A stretch of DNA of 64,000 bases, taken from NCBI GenBank assembly GCA_017436815.1, contig JAFSCI010000038.1, positions 2,655 to 66,654 on the forward strand, read 5' to 3'. The stretch is from Clostridia bacterium (GTDB lineage: Bacteria > Bacillota > Clostridia > Oscillospirales > Acutalibacteraceae). Below are positions 8,425-16,995 of this stretch, piece after piece. Position 1 is the first letter of the stretch; each line of letters begins with the position of its first letter. Under the pieces are notes generated by a model. It was not told where the DNA came from, did not search any database, and saw only the letters and a list, made by a program, of their open reading frames with translations. A program made the position numbers and the translations under genes.

Positions 8425-9859
8425 CTAACTTTATTTTTTCAAAAGGAAACGACTCATAGTCAAGATAGCATCGATAAATCGTCTCTGCAGGAAGTAATCT
8501 CACTTGAATGGGTTGGAGTTTTAACTCGGTGAGCATATCCATAGAAACAGCACCATACACTATCGTTTCAGTTCCTTGGGTAGGCATTAAGAAACAGTTG
8601 GATACCTTGTCAAAACTGTTTGCTTTGATGTATTTTTTATACGCCAGTTCATAGAGGTATTGCTTCGTAACATCGCCTATGCCAGGGTAATTTGCAGGTT
8701 GACGACCTTTTTGTAATTGAATGCAATAATACTTAGCATCCAATATGGCAAAGTGTTTGCTTTCGGAGCTACAATCCAAAACAATGATATCGGGAATTAA
8801 TGTGTCAACTTTATTTCCGGCCTTAAAATACTTACCATCCGCGTCATCGCATCCGTACCATTGAGGCGCGTCAATCTCGCTCTTTAGACGTTCGTATTGG
8901 TTGTCCAACACCTGGGCACAAACTTTTTCCCAAACAACATGGAAACTGGAGGTCCCAAAAAGGCTCAAACCATAATTGTTCTCAAGGGTTTTCTCTTGTG
9001 CTATATAGGCGTAAAGAGTTTTTAACAGCGATTGTTTTCTTGTGTTAAATTGTACATTTAATTCAGCTTGCAATTGATAAAGGATATAGTCTGTTTCACC
9101 GAAATCAGAAAGCTTTTCATCACTTATATTTACTTCGCTCAAATCAAATAATTCAACCAATCCAGCATCATCTAATTGCCTGAAGCACTGTGTAAGTACA
9201 TATTTATGCAGACGTTGAATATAGTCATTTTCGTTATCGACTATTCTGCGTGTATATAAATCGACATAATACGGTGCATCATTTTTTATCAGCGCAAATC
9301 CGTCGCTGATAGTTTTCTCCCATAATATAGCGCCCTCACCGTTAAGTTCAATGATTTCTTCGTCATTCACATAGACGCCATATTCAAAATAGTCGTTAAG
9401 GAGGTATAAAATCACGGCAAGCATATTAAATGAAGCCTTTTGATCGTCTCCGTTGTACATATTGATTATTTGCTCTTTGGCGGCAAATCTACTCAATACT
9501 TTTAATACTTGCTTTAACTCTGAAATCGGTACCTTTCCGGTTGCTATATCATGCTCCGTGTACGAGGTTAAATATTTGGGATAGCACTTAATTACAGTGT
9601 TACCTACTGTAATTATTCCAACGTACTTAAAAACAAAAAGGCAATCATCATCGGTGTTGTTGGAGACTATAATATCTTCGTCCATAAGATCCGACAACTC
9701 AATTTGTTCGGTGTTTTTGGGGACCGAATAAATTATGCCTGCCGCTTTCAGGTTCTTGATGAACGCATCGACTTTATCATCCGCGAGTTCAAACAAAGCG
9801 GCCAGATATTCTTTTGTATATCGCTTTAATTCACGGACGTATCCCGACACAAATTTCAT
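8390..9859 (-). CDS. McrC-like / LlaJI.R2-type restriction endonuclease subunit
   Basis: It lies directly downstream of the McrB-like gene. A PD-(D/E)xK motif is present: IPDIIV...AILDAKYY. It is 489 aa. Confidence 0.7.
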   Translation of the reverse strand: MKFVSGYVRELKRYTKEYLAALFELADDKVDAFIKNLKAAGIIYSVPKNTEQIELSDLMDEDIIVSNNTDDDCLFVFKYVGIITVGNTVIKCYPKYLTSYTEHDIATGKVPISELKQVLKVLSRFAAKEQIINMYNGDDQKASFNMLAVILYLLNDYFEYGVYVNDEEIIELNGEGAILWEKTISDGFALIKNDAPYYVDLYTRRIVDNENDYIQRLHKYVLTQCFRQLDDAGLVELFDLSEVNISDEKLSDFGETDYILYQLQAELNVQFNTRKQSLLKTLYAYIAQEKTLENNYGLSLFGTSSFHVVWEKVCAQVLDNQYERLKSEIDAPQWYGCDDADGKYFKAGNKVDTLIPDIIVLDCSSESKHFAILDAKYYCIQLQKGRQPANYPGIGDVTKQYLYELAYKKYIKANSFDKVSNCFLMPTQGTETIVYGAVSMDMLTELKLQPIQVRLLPAETIYRCYLDYESFPFEKIKLDDECYESLQSV

Positions 9860-9865
9860 CTGCTA

Positions 9866-12034
9866 TTATTTCTCCTTATCGTAATATTCTGTTTCAAAGG
9901 CTTTACCAAAAATCTCAATTCCTTTTTTATCAAAAGCATCACAAATTCTGGAGTATCGACTATGGTCGCAGCCTTCAAACATATCTTTTGCTTTTTGTTT
10001 GCATGCATCCTCAAACAGATACATTAATACTTTGTTTTTAAACATCGCAACAAAAGCCTTATTGGCATCGTTGTCATTTTCATTTGTATTGAAATACTGC
10101 TTTCCAATAAAGTAAGGTCCTAAAAGCTTGTCTTCGTTAATCTTAAACACAGACATTTTTGCGTTAATAGCCTTCCTAAGTTGATTCCAATCATAAACAA
10201 ATTCGCCAATTTTAATTATTGACTTTACTTTCTTGTCATTGTCATCAATACCGATATACTCAAAGTTCCATCGGCGCTTAAAAGCTGTATCCATAGGGAA
10301 TACACCCTGATCGGCACTGTTCATGGTAGCCCAAATGAACATATTGTTAGGTATGCGTATTGTGTCGTAATCAGACATATCCCCACCGAGTTCGGAAAAC
10401 AAATATTTCTTCACATCCTCGCTTGGTGCAATATCGTATTCGCTCTTGCCGGTAGCATCTCTATCAAGCAATTGGAATACCTCTCCAAATACCGCAGCAA
10501 CGCGAGCACGATTTAACTCTTCAATCAGAAGAATATGAGGACGAGGATGTTCAGTGCGACCACTTTTGTAAGCTTCTACAAGAACACGCATAAACGGACC
10601 GGCAACATACTTGTATTCAATACCATCTGTTTCTGAGATAGGCTTATAGCAACCAACAAAGCTGGAATATGAATATTCGGGATGGAATGTCACGCGTTCA
10701 AAGGATGCGTTTTCACTATTTACCAATCCTTGTACATCTTCGTTAAGGGTATGGCTCTTTCCGGTTCCAGGTGCACCAAAAACAATGCGATTCATCGCAA
10801 ACTTGCTGTTTTTATATGGCGTTTCAAATCTAATTTTTTCTTGCGTCATTGCAGAAAACTGCAAAAACTTCCCGTAAAGTGAAAGCATAGCGGAAATAGT
10901 TCCGTTTGAATTGCCCCTATTAATTTCCTTAAAATCAGGATGAGATTTTATGACATCAAGAGCTGCAGAAAATTCATTATAATCTGTTATTTCATAAATG
11001 CGCTCAAAAGGCGGGAACTCAAAAAGCTCATCCACTTTGTTTGCGATATTTACGATTTTGTAGCAATACGTTTCTGCATATAACCTGGAACCGTCAGCCT
11101 TTTTCAAGCTGTTAAGCCAAGCTGAAAACTTTTCTTCTTGCTCGTCAGCAGTAATATCAACATTTTCATTGTTATAAACGCCTTGCTGCCACTTATATAT
11201 TTGTTCTCTTAATTCATCAAACATAGTTTTAACAACCACGTTTGCAGGATCGTCACTACCAAGATCCAAGTCTTCTACACTGTAACTTTCGCCTTTATAC
11301 AAAACATTCATATCAGGCTTAACACTAATACTCAAGGAAACACAAAACTTAGTATCTTTGTCAAAATGCGGATTAAGATTAACCCAGACGTAATTTAAGT
11401 AATGAGCATTGTCTTGGGTTAATTGATATCCGCGTGCGAAACGACAAGACAATTCAAAGCCATTGAACTTGTTCCAAGTCTTAATAAGTTCGGTTGCTTT
11501 GGGCGTTCCGCCGTTTGCAAAGTTCTTTTCTCCGCTGATCAAACCATTATTAATATTTAACTGATCAACGAAATAGCGCAACAGTTTTTTGAAAGTGTTG
11601 TATTCGTCTTCTGTTGCAGGAGTACTATACCAATCATCATTTACAAGAAATGTGTCGTTTAATATAATTTGTTTTTGTGTATTGATACTTTCGAAGATAT
11701 TCCGTGCCATATCGTTGAAGCTATCCTCGGAAATTTCTACACATTTGTTTTCTGTAGAAGACACAGCGAGAATTTCGGCATACAGCTCCTCATTGACTTT
11801 ACAGCCGGAAGATACTTCAAATAGTTTTTCCAAAAACAAGGTTGTTCCATTGCCGTTTTTTGTAGCAGTAAAGAGCATTCTTATTTCACCAATAGGTGCA
11901 GAAACATACCCCAACAAACGGTCTCCCTGCATAATTTTTGATGCGTCGTTGCAAGTATAAGCAATTTCCTTATTTGCGATGGAATCTGTTAATATACCAT
12001 TAAGTGAATCAATAATAAGTATCCAATTTTTCAT
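9866..12034 (-). CDS. McrB-like AAA+ GTPase restriction subunit (LlaJI.R1 / BsuMI YdiS-type)
   Basis: Walker A is GAPGTGKSH. The McrB-type Walker B region is LLIEELNRARVAAVFGEVFQLLDRD, and MNSADQG...FKRRW is also present. The start at 12034 follows GGAGG and lies 1 nt after the upstream stop. Confidence 0.85.
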   Translation of the reverse strand: MKNWILIIDSLNGILTDSIANKEIAYTCNDASKIMQGDRLLGYVSAPIGEIRMLFTATKNGNGTTLFLEKLFEVSSGCKVNEELYAEILAVSSTENKCVEISEDSFNDMARNIFESINTQKQIILNDTFLVNDDWYSTPATEDEYNTFKKLLRYFVDQLNINNGLISGEKNFANGGTPKATELIKTWNKFNGFELSCRFARGYQLTQDNAHYLNYVWVNLNPHFDKDTKFCVSLSISVKPDMNVLYKGESYSVEDLDLGSDDPANVVVKTMFDELREQIYKWQQGVYNNENVDITADEQEEKFSAWLNSLKKADGSRLYAETYCYKIVNIANKVDELFEFPPFERIYEITDYNEFSAALDVIKSHPDFKEINRGNSNGTISAMLSLYGKFLQFSAMTQEKIRFETPYKNSKFAMNRIVFGAPGTGKSHTLNEDVQGLVNSENASFERVTFHPEYSYSSFVGCYKPISETDGIEYKYVAGPFMRVLVEAYKSGRTEHPRPHILLIEELNRARVAAVFGEVFQLLDRDATGKSEYDIAPSEDVKKYLFSELGGDMSDYDTIRIPNNMFIWATMNSADQGVFPMDTAFKRRWNFEYIGIDDNDKKVKSIIKIGEFVYDWNQLRKAINAKMSVFKINEDKLLGPYFIGKQYFNTNENDNDANKAFVAMFKNKVLMYLFEDACKQKAKDMFEGCDHSRYSRICDAFDKKGIEIFGKAFETEYYDKEK

Positions 12035-12035
12035 T

Positions 12036-12866
12036 TTACTTACCTCCATAATAAACAAAAGAGTTATTATCACGATCTGAAACTACGATGTGCGTATTCA
12101 TATATATAATTTCAAGCCAAGTCGGTCGAATATCAGTCAATCTCACCCATCCGTTTTCAGTTTTCTCTTCTATGAAATACAATGCTTTTTCTTGTGTTTC
12201 AATGCTATTGTTCGAATTCGAAATCGCTTTTAACAATTTTGGGAAAGTATCATTGGCAGATATAATACGAATGATCTTTTTCTCAACATCCCCTCGAATA
12301 GCAAAAAATGCAGTGATTGGGGTGTTTATTATGTGGGCGCGAATTTCTGCCGTACTATTATCATCCCACATCCAATAGGCATTTTGATGTTTAGGAGTAG
12401 CATTTTCTTTGAGTGAAAACTGTATGACACCTTTAGCATTACGGCTTTTATCGTAGTTGGTTTCGTCATCCGCAGCGGAGAGCTTCTGTAAAACAAGAAG
12501 ATTGGGATTTTGAATCGTATCAAAAAGATATACTATTTCACCGTTTTCGGTATCAATTGCTTCTAAAACAACATAGTCAGTTTCCTTAACATTATGGGGA
12601 AGGTGATCAGAAAAACCCGTAAGCCGGACTTCATTATTCTCTCTTGTTACACTTAACATAAAGGATTCAGGTTCAGAACGGTTAAAAAAGTCTTTCTTTT
12701 GGTAAAAAACTTTTTTAGAGGCCGAATCTCTTCTGCTTGTTGCCAATTCTTCAATGCTTGTGTAGCCAAAAAAATCAAGCAAAATCTTGCCGGTAATATA
12801 AATTTCTTTCGTGGCTTCCTTTTTCAATTGAGTTCGATTCAGTTTTCGTATAGCAATTTTTTTCAT
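12036..12866 (-). CDS. Uncharacterised 276-aa protein, positioned like the third restriction gene (ydiR) of BsuMI-type systems
   Basis: I recognise no motif. It lies between the second methyltransferase and the McrB-like gene. Its stop is coupled to the next start (TAAaATG). Confidence 0.5.
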   Translation of the reverse strand: MKKIAIRKLNRTQLKKEATKEIYITGKILLDFFGYTSIEELATSRRDSASKKVFYQKKDFFNRSEPESFMLSVTRENNEVRLTGFSDHLPHNVKETDYVVLEAIDTENGEIVYLFDTIQNPNLLVLQKLSAADDETNYDKSRNAKGVIQFSLKENATPKHQNAYWMWDDNSTAEIRAHIINTPITAFFAIRGDVEKKIIRIISANDTFPKLLKAISNSNNSIETQEKALYFIEEKTENGWVRLTDIRPTWLEIIYMNTHIVVSDRDNNSFVYYGGK

Positions 12867-12878
12867 ATGCTCATAACC

Positions 12879-14390
12879 TTACTTCAAATATTTTTTTATA
12901 ACCTTTGCAATGCCGTTAGCCATAAGAGTTGGTACAGCATTACCGATCTGCATATACGTTTTCAAATAAGCACCCAAAAACATATAGTCATCTGGGAAAG
13001 ATTGCGCTCTGGCCGCTTCGCGTGGGGTTAAACTACGGATTTGATAAGGGTGAATATGGGAATGGCAATCCATTCTCAAATGAGCAGTAATGGTGCGACA
13101 AGGTCTATCCGCATGAAGCTTAAAATACTTATCCTTAAAGCAATGGTTTCTATGCGCATAAGGCATAATGTCTTTGATTTTCTCGTCTGTGGCGTCATCG
13201 CCGGGGTTTAATCTTTTATAAATCTCATAATTCACATCGCTACAATAGCGTGCTTTGTGATTAAATAAATACGGAATTTTTCTGCCGCAATTAATTAAAT
13301 CTAAATAGGCGTTGCTATGATTTTCCGCAGCATTAACATCGATTTTTTTACCCGTTGTTTCACTGTCAATTTCATTGGTATTTCTTACTCTCGGAGCCTC
13401 AAGCGGCTTTATATCCGCCAAAGCATCTGCGAGCATGAACATAGGATTGCCTTTTGTGGATTCAAAGATTTCAGCAAAAATCTTTTCTGGCGTGATATTG
13501 CGCTCGTCCATAACATCACTACGAACAGCAATATAAATCAAACGTTCTCTACTTTGTGCTACGCAGAAATTTTGAGAATTCAAGACATGATAGGCCACCC
13601 TATAAGAGTATGTATTGCCGTTTCGTTCAATGGACAATCTTTCATAGTCCTCAACAACCTGGTCGGCAACTTTCATCATGCCTTTAACGTTTTCCATTAC
13701 AACAAATTTAGGAGCAATACGTTCTACCGCTTTGACAAAATACTTATATAATTCGTTACGGGGGTCATCGATAATTCTCTGGCGGTTAGCCTCACTAAAT
13801 CCTTGGCAAGGAGGCCCACCAACAACTACATCGATATCTCCTACAATATAATCCTGAACATTGTCTACGATGGTTTTTATATCGCCTTGAATTACGTGTT
13901 GTGAAGGAAGTTCAGGGTGGTTGTAAGTATATGTCTGAATACAAACATCCTCGATATCGTTTGCCAATGCAACATTAAATCCTTCGTGGATAAAGCCAAG
14001 GCTTAGACCACCTGCGCCGCAGAAGAAATCTACGATTCTTAAAGGTTTGCTTGCCCAACCCTTTTGTGCTTCTTTTCTGTAGGAATTGTATAACTTAAAA
14101 AGAGTGGTTTTCAACTCGGTCTTGTGTTTAACTGCAAAAGAAACTGCTTCTGCGAAAGGGGCATAATCTTTGCCGAGAAACACTTTCAAAGCATCCATAT
14201 CAGATGCTGACTCTATAATACCAATTTCGCACAGTTCTTTTGCAATATCATCATTACTTACTTGAGGCAAAAAAGGAATGTCATGCTTCTGACAATACAC
14301 CTCAACCAAGCGACGATACACTTGAGTTAATTCTACACAAAAATCTTTTTCGGTTTTATTTTTGATTTTTGTCACTGACTTAAATATCAT
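12879..14390 (-). CDS. DNA (cytosine-5)-methyltransferase with an extra N-terminal region of about 110 aa
   Basis: Motifs: FFCGAGGLSLGF, GGPPCQGFS, MENVKGM, QSRERL, GNAVP. The start overlaps the upstream methyltransferase stop by 11 nt. Confidence 0.9.
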   Translation of the reverse strand: MIFKSVTKIKNKTEKDFCVELTQVYRRLVEVYCQKHDIPFLPQVSNDDIAKELCEIGIIESASDMDALKVFLGKDYAPFAEAVSFAVKHKTELKTTLFKLYNSYRKEAQKGWASKPLRIVDFFCGAGGLSLGFIHEGFNVALANDIEDVCIQTYTYNHPELPSQHVIQGDIKTIVDNVQDYIVGDIDVVVGGPPCQGFSEANRQRIIDDPRNELYKYFVKAVERIAPKFVVMENVKGMMKVADQVVEDYERLSIERNGNTYSYRVAYHVLNSQNFCVAQSRERLIYIAVRSDVMDERNITPEKIFAEIFESTKGNPMFMLADALADIKPLEAPRVRNTNEIDSETTGKKIDVNAAENHSNAYLDLINCGRKIPYLFNHKARYCSDVNYEIYKRLNPGDDATDEKIKDIMPYAHRNHCFKDKYFKLHADRPCRTITAHLRMDCHSHIHPYQIRSLTPREAARAQSFPDDYMFLGAYLKTYMQIGNAVPTLMANGIAKVIKKYLK

Positions 14391-15594
14391 TTTTGTTACC
14401 TTCTAACGTAATCAACTGTTGTTTTAATGCTTTCGCAATAGCATTTGCCAAAAGAGGAGGTACAGCGTTACCGATTTGCTTGAATTGATCCGTTCTGGCA
14501 CCTTCAAATACGAAGTCATCCGGGAAAGATTGTATTCTTGCTGCCTCGCGAACAGTAAAGGTTCTTCCTTGAGTATAATCCGGATGAATAAACTGGTTAC
14601 CGTCTTTGTACAAGTGAGCAATGATTGTTTTCGAGGGCAAATCCCACCATTGCACGGTGTAGCTATTTCCAAATACACGTTGTTTTTCGTGGTTCAAATC
14701 GGGGCGATTTTGCAACAACTCTTGGAAAGTCCAGTGCTCTTTGCTCATTACACGATATCTTTCAATATCTCTATCGTTATGATTACGAGCCACATGGTCA
14801 AGTAATACACACGAATCGTTCTTAACAATTGTTCTTAAAAATTCATTATTTCTCTTGGATTTGAATGGAACAGCTTTTGCACCTTGCCCAGGAAAAATCT
14901 TGGGTAATTCTTCAATAGCATCTCTAACTGTTACATATTTTTTGAGACCACACCGCTCCGCATCGGACATTTCAGGGTCATAGTGAGTTTTTACAACAGA
15001 AGAATATACTGCATCAATATCCAGCGGAATATCTTCACGCACACCGATAATAATAACTCTTTTTCTGATTTGGGGAACTCCATAGTTCGCAGAATTCAAA
15101 ACTTCAAGCTTAACCTTATAATGCTTTCCGAGTTCTTTGGTGATTCTGTTTACGATATGTTTTCCGTTAAGAGTTGCCGTAAGCAATCCGGTTACATTTT
15201 CAAAAACAAAAAACTTGGGCAAAAAATGATTGAGAATTTTGACATAGCTTTCAAAAAGATAATTACGAGGATCATCTTTCATACCATTATCATCTTTTGC
15301 ACGTCCAAGAGACGAAAAACTCTGACACGGAGGGCCACCGATAATTACATCCACCTCTGCTCCTTTGACAGCATTTTTAATGCGCGCAATCATATCCGGA
15401 GAGGTAATATCTGCTTCAAGAACGGCATTTTCTGAATTAGAATAGCCGTAGTATTCCATTCGAGTTTTTAATGTTTTGCAAGCAATTGCATCAATTTCTA
15501 CATGAGCTAACGCTTCGAAATTTTCCATATAGAAGCCTTCGCTCAAACCACCGCACCCTGCAAATAGGTCGATAAAAGTAAACTTTCTTTCCAT
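14380..15594 (-). CDS. DNA (cytosine-5)-methyltransferase
   Basis: Motifs: LFAGCGGLSEGF, GGPPCQSFS, FENVTGL, QIRKRV, GNAVPP. The ATG at 15594 follows GGGTGG and is preferred over the GTG at 15603. Confidence 0.9.
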   Translation of the reverse strand: MERKFTFIDLFAGCGGLSEGFYMENFEALAHVEIDAIACKTLKTRMEYYGYSNSENAVLEADITSPDMIARIKNAVKGAEVDVIIGGPPCQSFSSLGRAKDDNGMKDDPRNYLFESYVKILNHFLPKFFVFENVTGLLTATLNGKHIVNRITKELGKHYKVKLEVLNSANYGVPQIRKRVIIIGVREDIPLDIDAVYSSVVKTHYDPEMSDAERCGLKKYVTVRDAIEELPKIFPGQGAKAVPFKSKRNNEFLRTIVKNDSCVLLDHVARNHNDRDIERYRVMSKEHWTFQELLQNRPDLNHEKQRVFGNSYTVQWWDLPSKTIIAHLYKDGNQFIHPDYTQGRTFTVREAARIQSFPDDFVFEGARTDQFKQIGNAVPPLLANAIAKALKQQLITLEGNKNDI

Positions 15595-15605
15595 ACAAAC
15601 CACCC

Positions 15606-15806
15606 TTAAATAATTTCAACAATATCATCCATTGTACAATTAAGGGCGGTACAAATTTTAACAAGCACTTCGCTACTTACAACGGCTCCGTCTTTTTTCA
15701 TCTTTGCAATAGTTGCAGGACTCACGTTAGCTAACTTGGCGAGTTCTTTACTTTTCATTTCGCGATCTATAAGGATCTTAAACAGTTTTTTATAACTTGC
15801 AGCCAT
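15606..15806 (-). CDS. XRE-family HTH protein, a likely controller (C-protein-like) at the head of the operon
   Basis: KSKELAKLANVSPATIAKMKKDG is a classic HTH. It is 66 aa, is the first gene of the operon, and has GAGGTG 5 nt upstream of its ATG. Confidence 0.75.
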   Translation of the reverse strand: MAASYKKLFKILIDREMKSKELAKLANVSPATIAKMKKDGAVVSSEVLVKICTALNCTMDDIVEII

Positions 15807-16003
15807 AGTACACCTCGGTAAATATAATTATACATTTGTAAGTATAACACAATCCGACCTTTTCCGCAATAGGATGGTTGAAAAAATTAAAAGATGTTGT
15901 AATTTGTTCAATAAAATCAGATTCGGAAAATTATCAATTCATAACTTGACTTTTCTCCTCTTTAGAGTGATATATGGTACACCGAAAAATAAGGAGGAAG
16001 GTT

Positions 16004-16234
16004 ATGTTTAACATTAGTAAAGAAACTTTGGAGCGATTAAGAAAGGAGTATCCTGCCGGAGCAAGAGTTGAGCTTGATCATATGAATGACCTGTATAACA
16101 CTAAATTGTTCCCGGGCGCGAGAGGAACGGTTGTTTCGGTAGATGACATTGGAACCATTCATGTGCGGTGGGATTGCGGTTCGTCGCTTGGTGTGGTTTA
16201 TGGTGAAGACCGCTGCCGTGTCATTAGAGAATAA
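16004..16234 (+). CDS. DUF4314-like small protein (common in Firmicutes integrative elements)
   Basis: The segment GARVELDHMNDLYNTKLFPGARGTVVSVDDIGTIHVRWDCGSSLGVV supports the call. AGGAGG precedes the ATG at 16004. A TTGACT-N18-TATAT promoter-like sequence lies upstream. Confidence 0.6.
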   Translation: MFNISKETLERLRKEYPAGARVELDHMNDLYNTKLFPGARGTVVSVDDIGTIHVRWDCGSSLGVVYGEDRCRVIRE

Positions 16235-16263
16235 CACACCATGATTTTACCATAATACCCAAA

Positions 16264-16582
16264 CTAATGGTTGTTATGAATTTGCCATTAGCTGTTATGA
16301 ATTCAGCGTTGCCGTAGATTCAACAACAAAAATTATCGGCAACATAGACAGACTTGACCGGCAACTCAATTCTGTTGCCGGTTGTTGCTGATTTGTAAAA
16401 CAAGCAACAGCAACGGAAACATCAAAAGAATAGTAAAAGCAATGATTTTATTGGAATGTTGCCAATGTTGCCGATTACTATATTAAAGTTTACAAACAAT
16501 GAAAATACAGATAATAAGCAACACACACCTACATATATACGAAAAAAGTTGAAAAATCAATCGGCAACAGCAAAACGGCAAC
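16264..16582. repeat. Iteron-like array of about 8 copies of GTTGCCG/CGGCAAC (extended consensus ATGTTGCCGAT) plus other short repeats
   Basis: GTTGCCG occurs at 16308, 16374 and 16467, with GTTGCCA at 16458. CGGCAAC occurs at 16337, 16359, 16562 and 16576. A perfect inverted repeat ACCGGCAAC-N8-GTTGCCGGT spans 16357-16382. TGTTATGAATT occurs at 16272 and 16293. Confidence 0.8.
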
Positions 16583-16784
16583 ATTGCATATGTTTGATGT
16601 GTCCATGGGAGGAATACCGTGGGTGCTTTTACAATCGTGCACGATATAATGGTAGTATGGAACTATGTTCAATTTTCAAGAGTTCTCAAAAGTTCTGTAG
16701 AATTCTCCGTTGAATTATGTCATAATTATAATGGGTACAATAAGAGTATCCTCTTATGATATAATTAAAATATAAAATAATATC

Positions 16785-16826
16785 GAGAGCCTTCGTGGAT
16801 GTATTTCCGCGAGGGCTCTTTTATTT
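16785..16826 (+). terminator. Hairpin plus T-run at the end of the non-coding repeat region
   Basis: AGAGCCTTCG (16786-95) pairs with CGAGGGCTCT (16810-19), allowing one G-U pair, followed by TTTTATTTT. Confidence 0.5.
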
Positions 16827-16995
16827 TCAAAAAGGAGTGATGTCTATGAGTCCTTAACCTATCCCGGGGGTATCAAAATCTCTACGACCTTTTACCCGTG
16901 CAACGGGCGTGGGGTCTCACGCAAAAATTCGCGGTTTCAAACGGGGTATTAACCCCAAAATCAAACAGACCAAATTTATGGAGGATTTTTATACT

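Noticed and set aside
16456-16713. An 85-aa ORF in the iteron-like region.
   Set aside because: It has no RBS. Its composition is odd (runs of T/K/N and many Cys). Its reading frame is largely made of the GTTGCCG/CGGCAAC repeats, so the region is better explained as non-coding binding sites.
16838-16858. A mini-ORF, MSMSP, with an AAAGGAG RBS just after the 16785-16826 terminator.
   Set aside because: Five codons cannot be evaluated from sequence alone. It could be a leader peptide, but I have no supporting signal.
16861-16871. An 11-nt match, ATCCCGGGGGT, shared with 23822-23832, considered as an att core or direct repeat bounding a sub-element.
   Set aside because: Exact 11-mer matches are expected by chance many times in 64 kb. 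The flanks show no extended similarity or dyad symmetry typical of serine-recombinase att sites.
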